NCBI GenBank assembly: GCA_050084985.1
Contig: JBITNC010000001.1
Span: 27,838,001-27,902,000, forward strand
Length of the DNA stretch: 64,000 bases
Reading direction: 5' to 3'
Source: Nageia nagi
Lineage: Eukaryota; Plantae; Pinophyta
Shown: in pieces, positions 37,482-52,400 of the stretch
How the letters are laid out: each line of letters begins with the position of its first letter
Numbering within the stretch: position 1 is the first letter of the stretch
The notes under the pieces: model-generated
Seen by the model: the letters and a program-made list of their open reading frames with translations, nothing else
Databases searched by the model: none
Told to the model about the DNA's origin: nothing
Position numbers and translations under genes: made by a program

Positions 37482-40400
37482 GTAGAATTTCTTTACAAGA
37501 ACACCATGTTTTTTACAGTCTGTTTTTGTCTTCAGAATTTCTTTTAATTGGAGAGCATCGCCTTAATTATGCAAAAGATTATAGCTCTTTTCTTTGCCGT
37601 TTCCTTCTCTAATATGTTGCTTTACTTATGGTATGACACCCACATCCATGAACCACTCTAAGTCATATGTCTGCAGTGTTTTGAAGCCATTTTTCCTCCA
37701 AGGTAGCCTTAAATAATGATTTATTAACTTTCTCCCTCTTTACATAGCATAAGAGGGGTAATAGTTTCTAAAAAGACTTATTAGTGGTCGATATTACCTT
37801 GAGCAAAGATTTATATCTGTAAATCACTTTGTTTGACAATTAGTGAAGTCTCTTAGGTTTTTGACATTCCTTTAAATTGCTGAGAGATATAATGTAATAA
37901 CTTGCTACATGTTGAGATGCAAATAAGTAATAACCTTTGTGATAGTGATGTAATATATTGACCATAAATATCATTGTGGAATTCTCCTTTAGGTGTTTAC
38001 AGTCAGAGTGCTTTTGTACGCAAGGATTGATGCTCAAGAATGAGTACTTAATTTTGTGAGCAAAATCATCATTTAGATTGATATTGTATAACAGTACAGC
38101 CCCAACAAAACTTTATCCACAAAAATGTTTTTGCAGACAAGCAATTTTATTTCTAGGCCTCCATAAACTTAATTCATGTTAATCTCTGTCTATTTCCTGT
38201 ACTGAAGTGTAATGTCCAAAAATATTTCCAACCTTGTAAACATTTCAAATTCATGTTTTGTTGTGTTTGTGGGCCTTTAAGGGGTGGGTTAGTGTGTTTT
38301 GAGAAGTTTTATTGTTAGTATAAGTGTTTAGGGAGTTGGTTGTGTTTAGAATAGTTTTGGGACAAGAAAAAAGTATTAAATAATGTCATTGACTTGGTAC
38401 ACATTTTTAGCTTGATGGTTGGGATGATAAGGCAGTATTAAATGTCTCTAGTATTTGTAACTGCCATTTTGGCATAAGTAACTGTTATGAGGTCAAAGTC
38501 TAAGGTACTATATAATGCTTGTAACTGCCATAGGAGAGGATTTGTAATTGTTATAAGGCAGACTTTTGTAATTGTCAAGAGGCTTAAATTAAGATTTCCA
38601 AGACTATTTAAGATGAAGAGTTGGTCATTTGGAAGGGGTGAATTTGGAATTTGGAAGAGCTTTGCTCTTTTGGACTTTTGCATTATGCTGGAGTTTCTTG
38701 GGGTTCCCATTGGAGATCAATTCAATGGACGCTTGAAGGATCAAATCCTAGAGCTATCTACCCATTGGATATGACCAATCCACATCAGGGTTGGTGATTT
38801 GGGCTTGATTTGAGGAGCATCATTGAAGCTGAAGTGTAGATCTGCCTATTAGAGGGCAAGTTAGAAGTTTACGAGTAGAGATCCAGCCTTTGGAGGCGAT
38901 TGGAGTAAGATATCAGCCTTGAGAGAACTATTTTGTAGGTTTTAAGGGCCAGAACTGTCAAGGGAGCCATGTTCATACTTAGCTTTGGTGAAGACAATCT
39001 AGTATTGGCACAATTTTGGGCATATCAGCCTTTGTTCAGCAAGATAGAGGTATGTTTTGTTCAGATAATCCAGTATACAGCTGTTTGTCCAGTTCTTGTG
39101 GGGTTTGATTTGAGATTTGAAGGTGTTATAGCTGTTTGAACAACTCTTCGAGGTGTGTTTAGTGATTTGTAGTTCTCTTGCTTACATACAATTGTAATGC
39201 ATTGTCTTTGTTACCTACAATCTGCTGTAGTTGTAAGTTTTCTTTTTTGAAAAGACAAAAAATATAAAAGAAACCAGATTTTGCCCTGTGGAATTAGTAT
39301 TGTTTTGTGTGCATTTGTATTTGGTGTGTTTTCGAACAAGCTCTCCCAATCCTCATAAACTTAATGGAGGCCAATCTCTGTGCATTGCCTACTTTCAATA
39401 GTGATCCCAACACTTTGTGATGTCATAAGCAAGAAGACAACAATTCTATTCTTTTTCTTTAGTACTTCTAGGTTGACTTGCATATGAATCTATATTATTG
39501 ACGTTTTGAATCCAATCTGTGGGACCCATCTTTAGAATTATTATATGAAGAAAATAAAGTGGAACCTTCTTCCCTAAGTAGAGATGAATATTACCCAATT
39601 TTACAAGAACAATGTCCATTATCTATCATTATAAAATACCAAATAAATTTATATGGTTAGATTCTACATAAAAATATCTTTCCAACAGTGTATAGAACAT
39701 GAAAATCGAGTTAAAATGCAAAAGTTACGCTTATCTTTGTGTCATATTATTTTTCCTTATATGTTCATGAATTAGGTCTATAATAGGTAACCAAGCCCTA
39801 CTAATTTCAAGACCTTGGTTTCTATTGATATTATTGGGGTAGAGTTTAATTTCAATAGATTCTTTAATTCTTCGTGCTTGGAATTTATCACATCTAGCCA
39901 AGACTTCAACCTTATCCATGAGTATATGGTGTTTAGTCTTATCCAAATGTTCATAAAGGGCTGATTTGATTATTCTATTATATTGTAAATCTGCATGATG
40001 TTCTTTAACTCTTGCATGTATTGACCTCCTTGTTTTACCAATGTAACAAGTTCCACACTCACATATTATCTTATATACACCTTTATGTTGTAAGGGTTCT
40101 AAGTGGTTCTTCATAGATTTGAACATGTTCTCTAATTTATTGAGAGGAATAAAAATTGTTTTAATATGTGCTTTCATTCAATTAATATTTTAGCTAGGCT
40201 TTCTCTATGTAAGAATTAGTATTATTATGGTCTTGTCTCACATTAGTATTTTCTCTTTCCATCTAATTCCATGCATAATCTCTTTAATGCGGTAACCATT
40301 TCTCATTAGTGCTTTATTTAAATGCATTTTCTCCTTATGTATATGGTCATTATCTGAAATTCTAAGGGCTCTAGTCATAAGAGTATTTAGAACCTCCATC

Positions 40401-43400
40401 TTTTGAGAATAATGATGATTAGATGAGGCATGTAAGTTTTTGCCCATACATGTCTTTTTTCTATATACCTTATGCCCCAACTCCGACGAAGGTACATTGT
40501 TTATCATGTTCGTTTGATACCATATTTCTGATATATGTTTCAATACTACATCATAGACGGATAGTGCTTTGTTTTATCAGTTGTGCATTATTTTTAGTCT
40601 ACACATTCGGTGGTGTTTTTGTACGTTGCTCCATTCTTTGTGATCCACTTATCGCCAACAAATCTTCTTCAATGCCCCCTATATATCAAATTTAAGTTAG
40701 TTAATGACAATTTCAAATAATCATGCTGACCAAGAATATGTGTAAATTGTAATATAGATATATAAGTCTTTTAGCGTCCTTTTAAATCCCTTGATTTTTA
40801 GGACCCATCAAAGATTGTCCGGAAGTAAACATATATCAATTAAGTATTTGAATGATTGTTTCTCATATAATTAAGTTGCATAATAAAACCACCAAGCTTG
40901 TTCGAGTTATACTATGTTCTCTCTTGTGTCTTGAAAATAGGGAACTTAAAAACAAAGAACAACGACATATGAATATAGATTTAGATCCTTCAAATTTAAA
41001 TAAAACCTACAACCTTGACAGAACAAGCTATCCATTCTTGAGCATAAACAAATGTTTGTCATCATACTCCTCAAAGTTCCAAAGCAAGCAAATTGAAGGG
41101 TACGTGAAATTACTGGTATCATATCAAGGAAAACTCAAAAACCATTAAACATGTTGAGTCACAAGCATTGTATGTTTATGGTCAACATTCATGTAAGTTC
41201 TTCAAGGGACATGGTGGAAGCCATATCCACTTGTTTAGGCTTAGATTTTATATAAGTACCTTAGCATCGTCACCTTTTCCAATACATATGTAGTCTTCCA
41301 CTCCCACACATTGCATATTTTTGGAAACATCATATTTTGTTAGCATGGGTTTTGGCATTTTCGCAACCTCCTTCCAAAATGGGTTGGGAAGGGTAGGGTT
41401 GTCGAGTTCCCTCACAATTATGTTCGTTTGTCTTTGCTAAAGAAAGAAAGAAAGAAAGAAAGAAAGAAAATATATTAATGTTCGTTGGTGACCAAAAACG
41501 GTCAATGGAACTAGAGAGTACAAGCATGATCTAAAAGCAAGTAGGGCCCTCAAAAGGGCTGCCCTCTAGACTTAGCTTAAGCCCTTCGATTAAGCTCCTT
41601 CAAACCCTTCCTGCAGGTCATATGTTACAACTCCTCACTTTATCTTTTGTAAGCTATTTATAGAGGAGAATTAGATCTAGAGCTAACTTTTCTGTGTGTT
41701 TTTCTATTAAATGTATTTTTATCATACTAATTGTAGCTTTTTTAGTTGCTCTCATCATCTAACTTCTGATATTGCTTATTAACTTACAAACACATTATGA
41801 TAATTTGTTTGATTTTGTTTCAGGGCAGTATATGTTAATAATAGAATGGAAAGAAGTGTACTGACAATTCAGGCAGCAGGTGTTGTAAGTGGCATTGAAG
41901 AGGTGACAATGACTGCAAGGCCTCTTGTAAGGGAGATGAGAAAAATTTCTAATCGCGTGAAGATCCTTATAAAAAAATTACCAAATCAGGAGGTACATTT
42001 ATCATGGTTACTTATTATTTAATTTCTACAAGATTGTATGAAGTTTCTTTGTCTTTTATGTATATGCCCAATTTGAGATGTAAAATCCATACATGATAGG
42101 AATTATAATGCAATTGTGATTGCTCCTAAATTACTTAGGCATGCAAGTGATTTTGTGACTACATTTTCATGTCTGCTTGTAATTTCATTTGATGAAACAA
42201 AACTAGTCAGGGGATCTTGCCATGCAATTCTATGTGTTTTTAGACAAGAAAGAGTTATGTTGAGACGTGGACTATTGTGTCGATCTCCTTGTGACCCAAT
42301 CAAGTTCTTATTCTGACAGGTAGATGAAGAGGAGGCCTCCCTCTTTGATATGCTGTGGCTTCTTTTAGCAAGTGTGGTATTTGTACCACTATTTCAGAAG
42401 ATCCCAGGCGGTATGTATGGCAAAACCAATCTCTTTGATGTAGTCATGGAAATTCTTGAGAATTCACACGATCCAGTCTAGTTTCACTTTGAAAACAAAT
42501 ATAGTGAAAGGAACTTCATTTTATCTCTTTTGTGCATCATGGCCCCTGAAACTTGGTGGTGAATCTGCTACAGTCATTTATAAAACTACTAATTACATTG
42601 TTTCATATAGAAACAACAGGTTTGACATATGATATATTTTGTGTGGATGTGGATTTTAGCATCCATTTTTTATTAATATTTTCTTTTTGTTGACTTAGAA
42701 TTCTGAGATTTTATCAAAAGTTTATTCACGTTGAGTTGTTTTTGAAGTAGTATGAGGAGATGTACGAAATGAATACAGGATTGGAATTGATGGCATGCTG
42801 ATATTTGTTTCGGGTCTATGTTATCGAAGAGCTTGTCCAGTGTTTAGTTAAGATAATAGTAAAGAGACATAGCAGTGATGATTCTCTTTCCATATATCAT
42901 GAAGTTCTTATGCATCATTCAAGTTTTTGTCAGATTTTATGGACTTGCTTTTGAACTAATATGAGATGTATACAATTGTTTTTTGAATCAGGAGCGCAGT
43001 AAGAGCTTTTTCAAGAGTGTTAAAGAGTATATTCTCTTCTTAGTCTATAGATATTAAAGAGTTATCGAAAGTTGCTGCTTTTACCATAATTAAGAAACAT
43101 GCAGTGGATTGGTCCTTTCTCAATTTGGAGAATATACACACAAAATGACTCTAGGATACCTGCTCAAAGATTAAACAGAGGAATGTGAACTTTGTTGAAG
43201 GGTGTGCATATAAGCAGCATTAAAAGAAGCAGGAGCAAGTGATTGCAATCTAAGTTACTAGGTTCGAATTCGAGTTTGAGTTCAAGAAATTCGACAATAG
43301 ATTTGACAAGATCCAAAAGTTTGACATGAAATTCGGTATTAAATTCGATATAGTAAAAACATGCAAAAATATTATAAAATAATAAATATTAGATATTAAA

Positions 43401-46400
43401 TAAAATACTAATAAAAGATAAATAACCAATTTAAAAAAATATAAATAAATCTTCAATTTTAAAAGAATTAAATAACCAATTTAAATAAACAACACTAGAG
43501 ATTAAATAAAATTAATATTTTGTTTAATATTAATTAATTTTACTGATTTTTACTATAAAGAACATTAAATATTAAATAAAATATTAATAAAAAATATATA
43601 AGCAATAGCCAATTTAAAAAAAATATAAACAAAATTTCAATAATAAAAAAATTGAATAACCAATTTAATAAACAACATTATATAATAAATAAAATTAATA
43701 TTTTGTTTAATATTAATTAATTTTACTATAAACAACATTAACTATTAAATAAAATATTAATAAAAAAGAAATTACCAATTTAAAAATAAATAAAGAAATC
43801 TTCAATGATAAAAAACTTAAAACTATTTCTATGACTCAAATAAATTCTACAATTACAAACGTATGCTTCCGATTACAATTAAATAAAATAATAAAATTCA
43901 AATTGAACCTGCTCTTAATTCATTTAGGGATTAGTTTGTGGGCAACAAGAAGTAGCAGTCATCCTATTGGCATTCCATGGAGAGCCTTTGCGATTGTGAT
44001 AGAGATGGGGAGGCGCACCACCAGTATTATCTGGCTCTTGATTGTCAACAAGTCAAGAGTTGCAATCATGATCAGTTAGGCGGAAGTTGTAGTTGCGGCC
44101 AATCAGTCGGGAGTTCCAATCAGTGGATGTTTCAGTCGTGGGAGAAGCAATTGAATCCCTTGATGCAACATTTCACATTTGTGAACCCTAAAAATGAATT
44201 TTAACTAGTCTTTTCTGCATTTAAATGTCTATTTTTTTCCAGCCAAATTTCTTGGTGAATATCAATGATTTTAATTGATAAGGGTTAGAAATCGCCGAAT
44301 TTCGAACCACACGGAAGAAATCCAGCAAATTTCGTAACTAAGATTACAAAAGATGATGGTGTAGAATGAAAGGCTTGATGAGAAAAGTTAGATGCATCTT
44401 CATCAAATGCAATTGTGGAGGGTAAGAGGATTATGCAATCCCATCCAAAAAGTCATATGTTAGATCAAAGTTTTAAGAAGAGATTCACAAGGAATGGAGT
44501 CGAGCAAAAGGGGGTGGTCAAAGTCAAGCTTTAGAAGGAGGAGTAAAATTGTAAACCATACTTTGTTGTGGAGAGTTGACATGGAACCTCCAGGTTATGA
44601 AGAAGCAACAAAGATTAAGGTTTGGTAAAGGCCATGGAAAAAAAATTGAATTTCATTAAGAAGAACAACACTTGGGAGTTGTGACAGCTTCCAAAGTATA
44701 AAGAGGTTATAGGCTAGAAACGGGTATACAAGTCCGAGTACAAAAGTGATGGGATTATTGATTGTATAAGGCGAGATTGGCGGTAAATAGCCATGCTTAA
44801 AATTTTCGGGTTGATTACAATGAGACATATGCAGCTGTTGCTTGGCAGGATACAATCTTTATGTTCTCGGAATCAACAATTAAGATGTTGTGGAAGGTTC
44901 ATCAATTAGATGTAAAAAATACTTTTTTAATTGGCACATTAAAGAAGATGTGAGACAGCCACAAGGATTTGAAGCTGAATGCTAGGAGGGGTTTGTTTAC
45001 AAGTTGAAGAAAGCTTTGTATGGGCTTAAGTACGCTCTTTGAACTTGGTATGTAAGAATTGAAAAATATTTAGTTGAGAATGATTTTGTGAGAAGCTAGA
45101 ATGAGCCTCCCATGTACATCAATTAAGATGGTAAAGACATGCTGATTTTTGGTATTTATGTTGATGATTTGATCTTCATAGGTAGTATTTCTTTAAGGAT
45201 GAAAGAGGAGTTCAAATTGGCTACGTTGAAAAAATTTGAGATGATAGATCTTGGATACATACATTAGTCCCCCAATAGAGAGGTGCATCTATCATTTGAT
45301 ATAATCTTCATTTGTCAAGCGAAGTATATCAAAGATACACTAAAGAAGCCGAAACTTGTTGGCTACAATGATTCAAATTATGATGGATCAAGGAATGATT
45401 GAAGATTGGCATCAAGGGATTTTTTTTTCTTTGGTGGATGGACTCATCACATTGAGTTCAAAGAAGCAATACATTATAGATTTATCAACTATTGAGGTTG
45501 AGTATATGGCAATGATTGCAACAACCACATATCTACTATAGCTTAGAAGGATTCTAGGAGATTTGTAAAAAAAGCAAGGTAGGTCAATAGCTATCTTCTG
45601 TGATAGGTGTGCAATGCAATTGATAAAGAATCTAGCATCTATCTTTTAAGTGTAATGTCATTATTTCATCCATGATTTGGTTTGTGTGTAAAATTTGGAG
45701 CTTTGAGTGTTGTAACTTTGAAGAACAATATTGACAAAGTCATTGCGAAGAAACAATTTGTTAGTTATGGGAAATGGTGCAAATCTTATCAGTTAAACTC
45801 AGGGGGATGTTTGTTGGATAAATTTGACCAAGAGGGAAGAAAGAAGGAAACATTGGTAGCAAGGGTTGGGATTAGTGTTGTTAGTGGTGACAATGATGAG
45901 AGTGGTGACAAGACTCATGTATAACAATGAACTTGACATGATGAAGATGACTAGGAGTGACAAGCATAAATACAATATCAAGTCTATTCTTGATGAGGAT
46001 GATGGAGGATACAGTGATGATGAACATTTGTTTGATGATTGATGACCGAAGATCTAACCATAACAACTAGTGTTGGATTTTGAGAATGATGACCATAGGT
46101 ACCATCACAATGATGGCAATGTTCTAGCAACTATCATGTTTTCTTATTATGTAATGTCTTATATTTTTCTTTTAGCATATGAAATTGAATAGGTGCCTTT
46201 TGTGTTTTTGCAAAACATAGTATGTAGTCTTATGAATGGGATTCAAATATCCATGGGTTCATGTATTTGGTAGAGGTGTATGAGCATTGATGATGTACTT
46301 ATGAGTGTTTTAGATTCTTAAGTAAGTGTTGATGTAACTCTAGGAGTGTGTATGCAAGTATAAGAAAAAGCTTTGTGTGAAATTGTAACAATACTATGTA

Positions 46401-49400
46401 TATAAATTTTACTTGGGGAAACGATGTGTTCTTTGGGTGACGTATAATTGTTTTGTAAATCTCATTTGGTGTATTCTTGGTCTATATTCATTTATGTTTT
46501 ATATTGTATTAATCTCTGAATATGACCACCTTTAATTTCATGGTTTTGCTTTTTCTGTTTCTACAATATTATAGGAGAATATAATGGGAATGTATGAGAG
46601 GATTATCAGCAGTATAAAATATATAATATTGTACTATATAAGGCAATTTGTGTTATATTATTACATTGTGGATGACACATATTATTTAATATTGTGTATG
46701 ATATAATGCATTGTCAACATGTGGGTCATATTCCATGGTGGTTTAGTTGAGGCCATAGGTTTTTGTAACATGAGCTTTATTGCCCATGGCATTATTGTTA
46801 GTTGACCTATAAATAACAGGGACATGTCATTATTATTAGTGGACCTATAAATAACAGGGATATGTCATTATTATTAGTGGACCTATAAATAACAGGGATA
46901 AGTCATTGTAAAATTACCGTAGAAATTCTTATGAAGAATATGTTTTTGTGAAGCATTCTACTTGGAGATTGGGAAGTTTCCCCTTGAAGTTGCTATTGGA
47001 GTGTTTCCTCATTTATTGAATATTTAATGGTGTAGTAATACCATAAGGCATTCTCAAATATCTAATGCACGATTTTCTTCTGTTGGAAGATCTTGTGAAG
47101 AATATTATTTGTGGCTTCAAGCTATTGTTTTTTGCAGGGCAAAGGTGGTTCACTAGTTTAGCATTCAAGATGTAACATTGTTTTATGCATATTCAAAATG
47201 GAAGTTATGGCAACTTTCCATCTCTAATGTCTATAAATATCCTAAATTATTTATTTATTAATTACTAATATACACCTATCTTAGATACTTAACTTTATTA
47301 ACGTAATGCAATACTATTCTAAACCTAATTTCTAACACATCATATTAAAAAATTAGGAGCTAGATAAAAAGCAATAATGTTTGTAGAAGAGAACAGCATG
47401 TGTTCTGCACACATAGCAGAACAATGGCACCACTAGACTAAATTATCATCACTCTTCTGAAGTCTTCACACTCCATCATAGAAGCTCTCTTGAGCAAACT
47501 GCAAACAGTGAACAAGCCACCATAGAGTCTCTCTTGAGCAAACTTCAACAAGTTGCTGTACACAATTCCAATACTGCAATGGCAATGATTTCTTAAATAA
47601 TAAGAAGTGATTTTCTCCTCTTGAACATGACATTCTATTGTTTCACCAACTATCATTTTCTTCTAGCCAAATAGTGTTGTGGAAATTGAAGACGTACTTA
47701 ACAATTCCTACCAACAACACACCAAATAGGAAAACTGAAGGCAGTTTCGACCAACAAAGCATTATGCATGGACAATGATGTGGTTTCAACTTTCACATGA
47801 ACCTTCAAAATGGATCTGTCGACTGAGCATTAGCAAACCAGGTGAAAGAGATAATGGTCCTTACATCACCTTAACAATGGGTGCACAATCTTATTGTTGC
47901 ATCAACAACAAAAGTTGTGATTCTCTGCCCCTTCAATCGAAAAATAATGGACTTTCTTTAATTGTGCTGACCACTCAATTTAGGTTCATGATCATGTACA
48001 TATGTGATGTTTTGGAAGATGGCACCTCATATATGGCTGCCTCAAAAACATACCTTCATGGTACTCGCATGAGGGTTTTGAAATATGGCCCTCTCAATTG
48101 GGTGCCCCAAAAACAAATCTTCATGATTTGTGAAACTTCTCTCTTTGTTTTACATACTCTGAATGGTCTATTTGTAGTATATGTGACATTTTTACTTCGT
48201 ACAAAAGCTTGCAAAGCCCCTTTAGACAACAAAATATATGGCAATTAAACATAAAACTATTGTAAGGGAGCTAAAATGAGACAAAAAGGAATAAATGATA
48301 CATTTTGCCTAAAACTAACCCATAACAACAGGGTTACACAAGGAACAGTCGAGGGATGTTGTTGGCATACCCTGGCTGTCTCGAAGATGGTTAGTTGTCC
48401 TTGGCAGTTTTCTAGGTGTATTGGGATGTCTTCTGGTATCAACCAACTGTATCAGGGACAGCTAGGGCACGTTCCCCTCTTAAACATGGCAACCCTCTTA
48501 AAAATGGCAAGGGAAACGTACCCTATGTAGTTCCCTATTTCTGTAAACACCAAGGGATGGGGATGACCCTCTGAGGAGGGCGGATGTGTCCCTATGTAAT
48601 CCTGGAATCTAGGAACAGTTGACAGGTATTTTGATATCCAAAAATGGAAGGATCAAAATTATCAAAACAGTGGGATAGTATAAAACTAAGAATTTTTGGT
48701 GTTTTCATGGCTTTCATAGGGTACACAGCCTTCTCAAGCTTATTCCCTACTACTATTTTTTTAAACTGTGTCCTTTCTGTTATATGTTGATTGTGTTAAA
48801 ACGTCTAGTTCAATGTCTCTATTTCTGTCTAATATACATTTAAAGTAATCAAGCTTGTGTGTGGTAACTGGATTCAAATCACTCTTGGATCACCATCACA
48901 TTTTGTTTATGTGTGTACTGCTACCACCATTTTTTATCCATGCATCTACTATTGTGGTATCCTCTAGCATAATTAATGCATCTTTACTTTTCTGATTTTA
49001 ACTGTCCTTTTCGGATTATACATGGTTTTCTATCAAGTTATGCTCATTTTAGAGTTCATTAACCTATTTTGGTTGTGCAAGGATATTAAAATAATTTTAT
49101 TCTTATATCATGATCCACCATAAGAGCAAAAATGGAGTTGAGGTGGCTTGGGTTGTCTGCCCATATAATTTAGATATTAAGGTATCCAGTTAGATTCATT
49201 TCCTTTTAATTACTGCTATTTTATTCAGACTTTTAAGCAACAAGATGAAGGTTGAATGCATCTTTAATACCAAATGGATACTACACCACTGCAACAAAAT
49301 GTGAAAGAAGTACCATACAAAGAAACAGGATTTGGTTATAACCTGCATATCTGAAGTTGTGCTGCGTTTATATTTGCAGCTCTATAAGTGGGCTATATGA

Positions 49401-52400
49401 TTTTTCCGATAGAGATGTGATATACAAATTCATTTGTGTTGATATTGGTAAGATGATTCATACATAGACCAGTATTCTTATATATAATAAGCAGGTTCTT
49501 GCTTCCTAAGCTACATGTGGTATCTAGGGAAGAGGACCCAGCTGTTGAGTGGGCTCCAATAGTTGTGAGAGTGACTGTCATATATTTGTTCATTCATAGA
49601 ACATATTTGGTCTAGAAGTTGTGCATTAAATTATTAATTGTTGTGCATTAAATTATCAACTTCTATGTATTTTTGTGTTAATAAGTAAAGTATAAGTAAT
49701 CATTTTAAATTTATTTTAAATATATCATCGATAGGGGAGAGGACCCAATAGTGGTGCATCCTAACTTTATGCCTCTTAAAACTTGACTTAATAAAGTCGA
49801 ATCGCGCTAAATTTTTTATAGTTTCTTCCTTCCTCGCCTAGGAGTCTAGTTATAACTAAGGTTTCGAGTTGTCATTGTCAAATTTGATAGGTTAATTGAA
49901 TATGTGACTCGACAATCAACTACTAGTGCAATTGTAATTGACAACGGGGGGTTGTAATTGACACCCATGGGTATGACTTTAGAAAAGTGTTGTTTTGGAT
50001 AGTTTCTACGATAACGTGTAATTAACTTAACGAATTTGGTCATGACGACTCGAAACCTTAGTTATAAGCATACAACTAGAAAAAGAAGAAACTATAAAAA
50101 ATTTAGAGCGATTTGACTTTATTAAGTCGGGTTTTAAGAGGCGTAAAGTTAGGATGGACAACTATTGGGTCCTCTCCCTTGTATTCACTGAATTTAAAAT
50201 TCTATTATTGTGACCTGACACTTCACTTTTTAATTATACATGGGAAAACTAAAGCTGAGATTAAGGGCTTAAGTACAAAGATAGCCTTAACCATAATGCT
50301 TATAATATATTTTGTTTAGGAACAGAACATTCCCTCTCCTTTGAAAGATTTATCTAAATCTAGGAAAAACTCCATAGTTAAGCATGTTTAAGTTGTAGTT
50401 GTAGGATATATAACCTCTTTGAAATGTTCTGGTATTGGACCAATGGAAAATGCTTCACAAGAAAATTGGTGGAAGAGAATTTTTTTTTTGTTCTTTGGCT
50501 CTTTGAATTTGTTCCCATGCTTCCACTTGTAGGCAGTATTGAGGCTTTCTAACAGGTCTTCTTTGTCATCCTTACTTTCGTGTTGTTTATTTAGCTTCTT
50601 CATTCCTCTATCTTGCATCTGCGAAACCAAGCTTTCTAGTTGATACCTCATTACACATCAATGTAAAGAACTCATCCTTGTTAGAATCATTATACCACAC
50701 CAAGTGCGGTGACTCTTCAAGCTTTGTTTCATGCGTAATGAGGTCCAAAGCATTTTATGATAGATAGAAACTTGCTTTATAACGTCTATGCTGTCCTTTC
50801 TTGTCATTTTTATATCTGTATTTCTCCTTTGCGATGTTGCTGTAGTTCTTTTTTGAAACCATAGCGTCACAACCAAATATGAACATTATGCAAATAATGT
50901 AACTTAAAATCAAAAAGTAAGACATGTAGCATCTACACACCCAAAGTTGTTTCCTATTACACCCTCAACTCCATAGGTGGGAGTAATTTGATAAATACAT
51001 TCATTTGTATTGGTATTAGAAGGATGATTCTTAAATAGATGAAAGATCTTATTTACAATAAGAAGTTGCTTGCTCCATATATGACATACAATGTCTAAAT
51101 ATATTGGGCATAATATATTGTCATTTTGGTCATGCCGCTTTCTATCAATATAAGAGTAAAGCAGTACTGATATTATTGGCTTAAGGATCAGTGTAGACCA
51201 AAAAATGTTGTGTTAAGGAACATGATGTTTTTAGGAAACTGTTTTTCCACGTAGGAAACAATTTTAGGAGCTTGTTTTTCTTGCTGAGGTATCATCCATT
51301 TAAGCAGGTTTTTTTTTTTGATATAAGGTAAAAACAAGGATTTTGGAAGGACCCTAGACCTTTTACAATCTTATCATTTTCTATGAACACATCACAAAGC
51401 AATCAAGGCATATGTATCTAGAAGGGCCTCCATGAGAACCCTTTACAAAATACCTATAAAATACTATATAAGAATTAAAACAAAACACACTGATCTCAGA
51501 GACTGTCTAGAGAGTGAAAAACACACATTGCTAGAGAGAATCCTAGAGATGATCTAGGGGATAGTCTTGCCCTTACCCTTAGAGCTTCTTGGAGCTGTGT
51601 TATTCAAGATCTTCACCTTCGCCTTGGAGCATCTCGGAGTTGGGGAATTTCCAACCTTCATCTTCCCTTTTTGGTCATCTATCCATTCATTGTTGGCCTG
51701 CTCCGCATAAAATAGGGCTACCCTGATGGAGCGAATCCAATGTGTAGGAGCTCTCTATAATCTTCTCTACTCTTGGGCATCTCCTGTGGAGGGGTTCCCA
51801 TGACCCTTAACACCTTTAGACTTGATGATTCTCCAATGGCCAAAGATTTCTTCTTTTTCTACTGGGGGAGTGGGTTTGAATCCTTGGAGAGCTCCTCCAC
51901 CTTAAGTATATTCCCTCGGGCTCCTTCCTCTGGCTTCTTCCAATTCAACCTAGATGCAATGCTGCTACAACTAGCTAACACTCCTTGAGTGATCATTTGG
52001 TTGCTCTCCTCCGCCTAAATGGGCTTCTCTTCTGTTGGGAAAAGGTCTTTATCATCTCTTCCATTCGAGTCAACCGCCTCTCCTGACATCTCCCCATTGT
52101 CATTCGAGTCAGCGTAATCAATACCTAGGCTTGGTCGTTCCATAGTCGCATGGTTGAATAGTGCACGTAATAGTCCTTAATGGTGCGAACCTCCCAACTT
52201 CCGCTCCTTTCACCTCCAAAATGGATTTATGCAAAGGGTGATACAGGTAAATTGGTATAGTGATTTATTTGCCATGTCTGAAGACATTCAAGAGGGTAAA
52301 ATAAAGGCTGCACAAAATGGATGCATGGTTGTCCAAAGTGAGATATTGCATTATTATTGTTATCAAGCCCTCTCATTTTGAAGGGAGAGAGTCCTTGTTT

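Noticed and set aside
37310-37612. 100-aa ORF after KEA exon 1
   Set aside because: Wrong frame relative to the conserved [13 protein letters not shown] sequence and it runs into the intron.
47340-51000. Short ORFs at 47775-48530 and 50388-50940 as host genes or extra KEA exons
   Set aside because: Exons 3 and 4 join seamlessly without them; they look like heavily decayed retroelement scraps that I cannot assign confidently.
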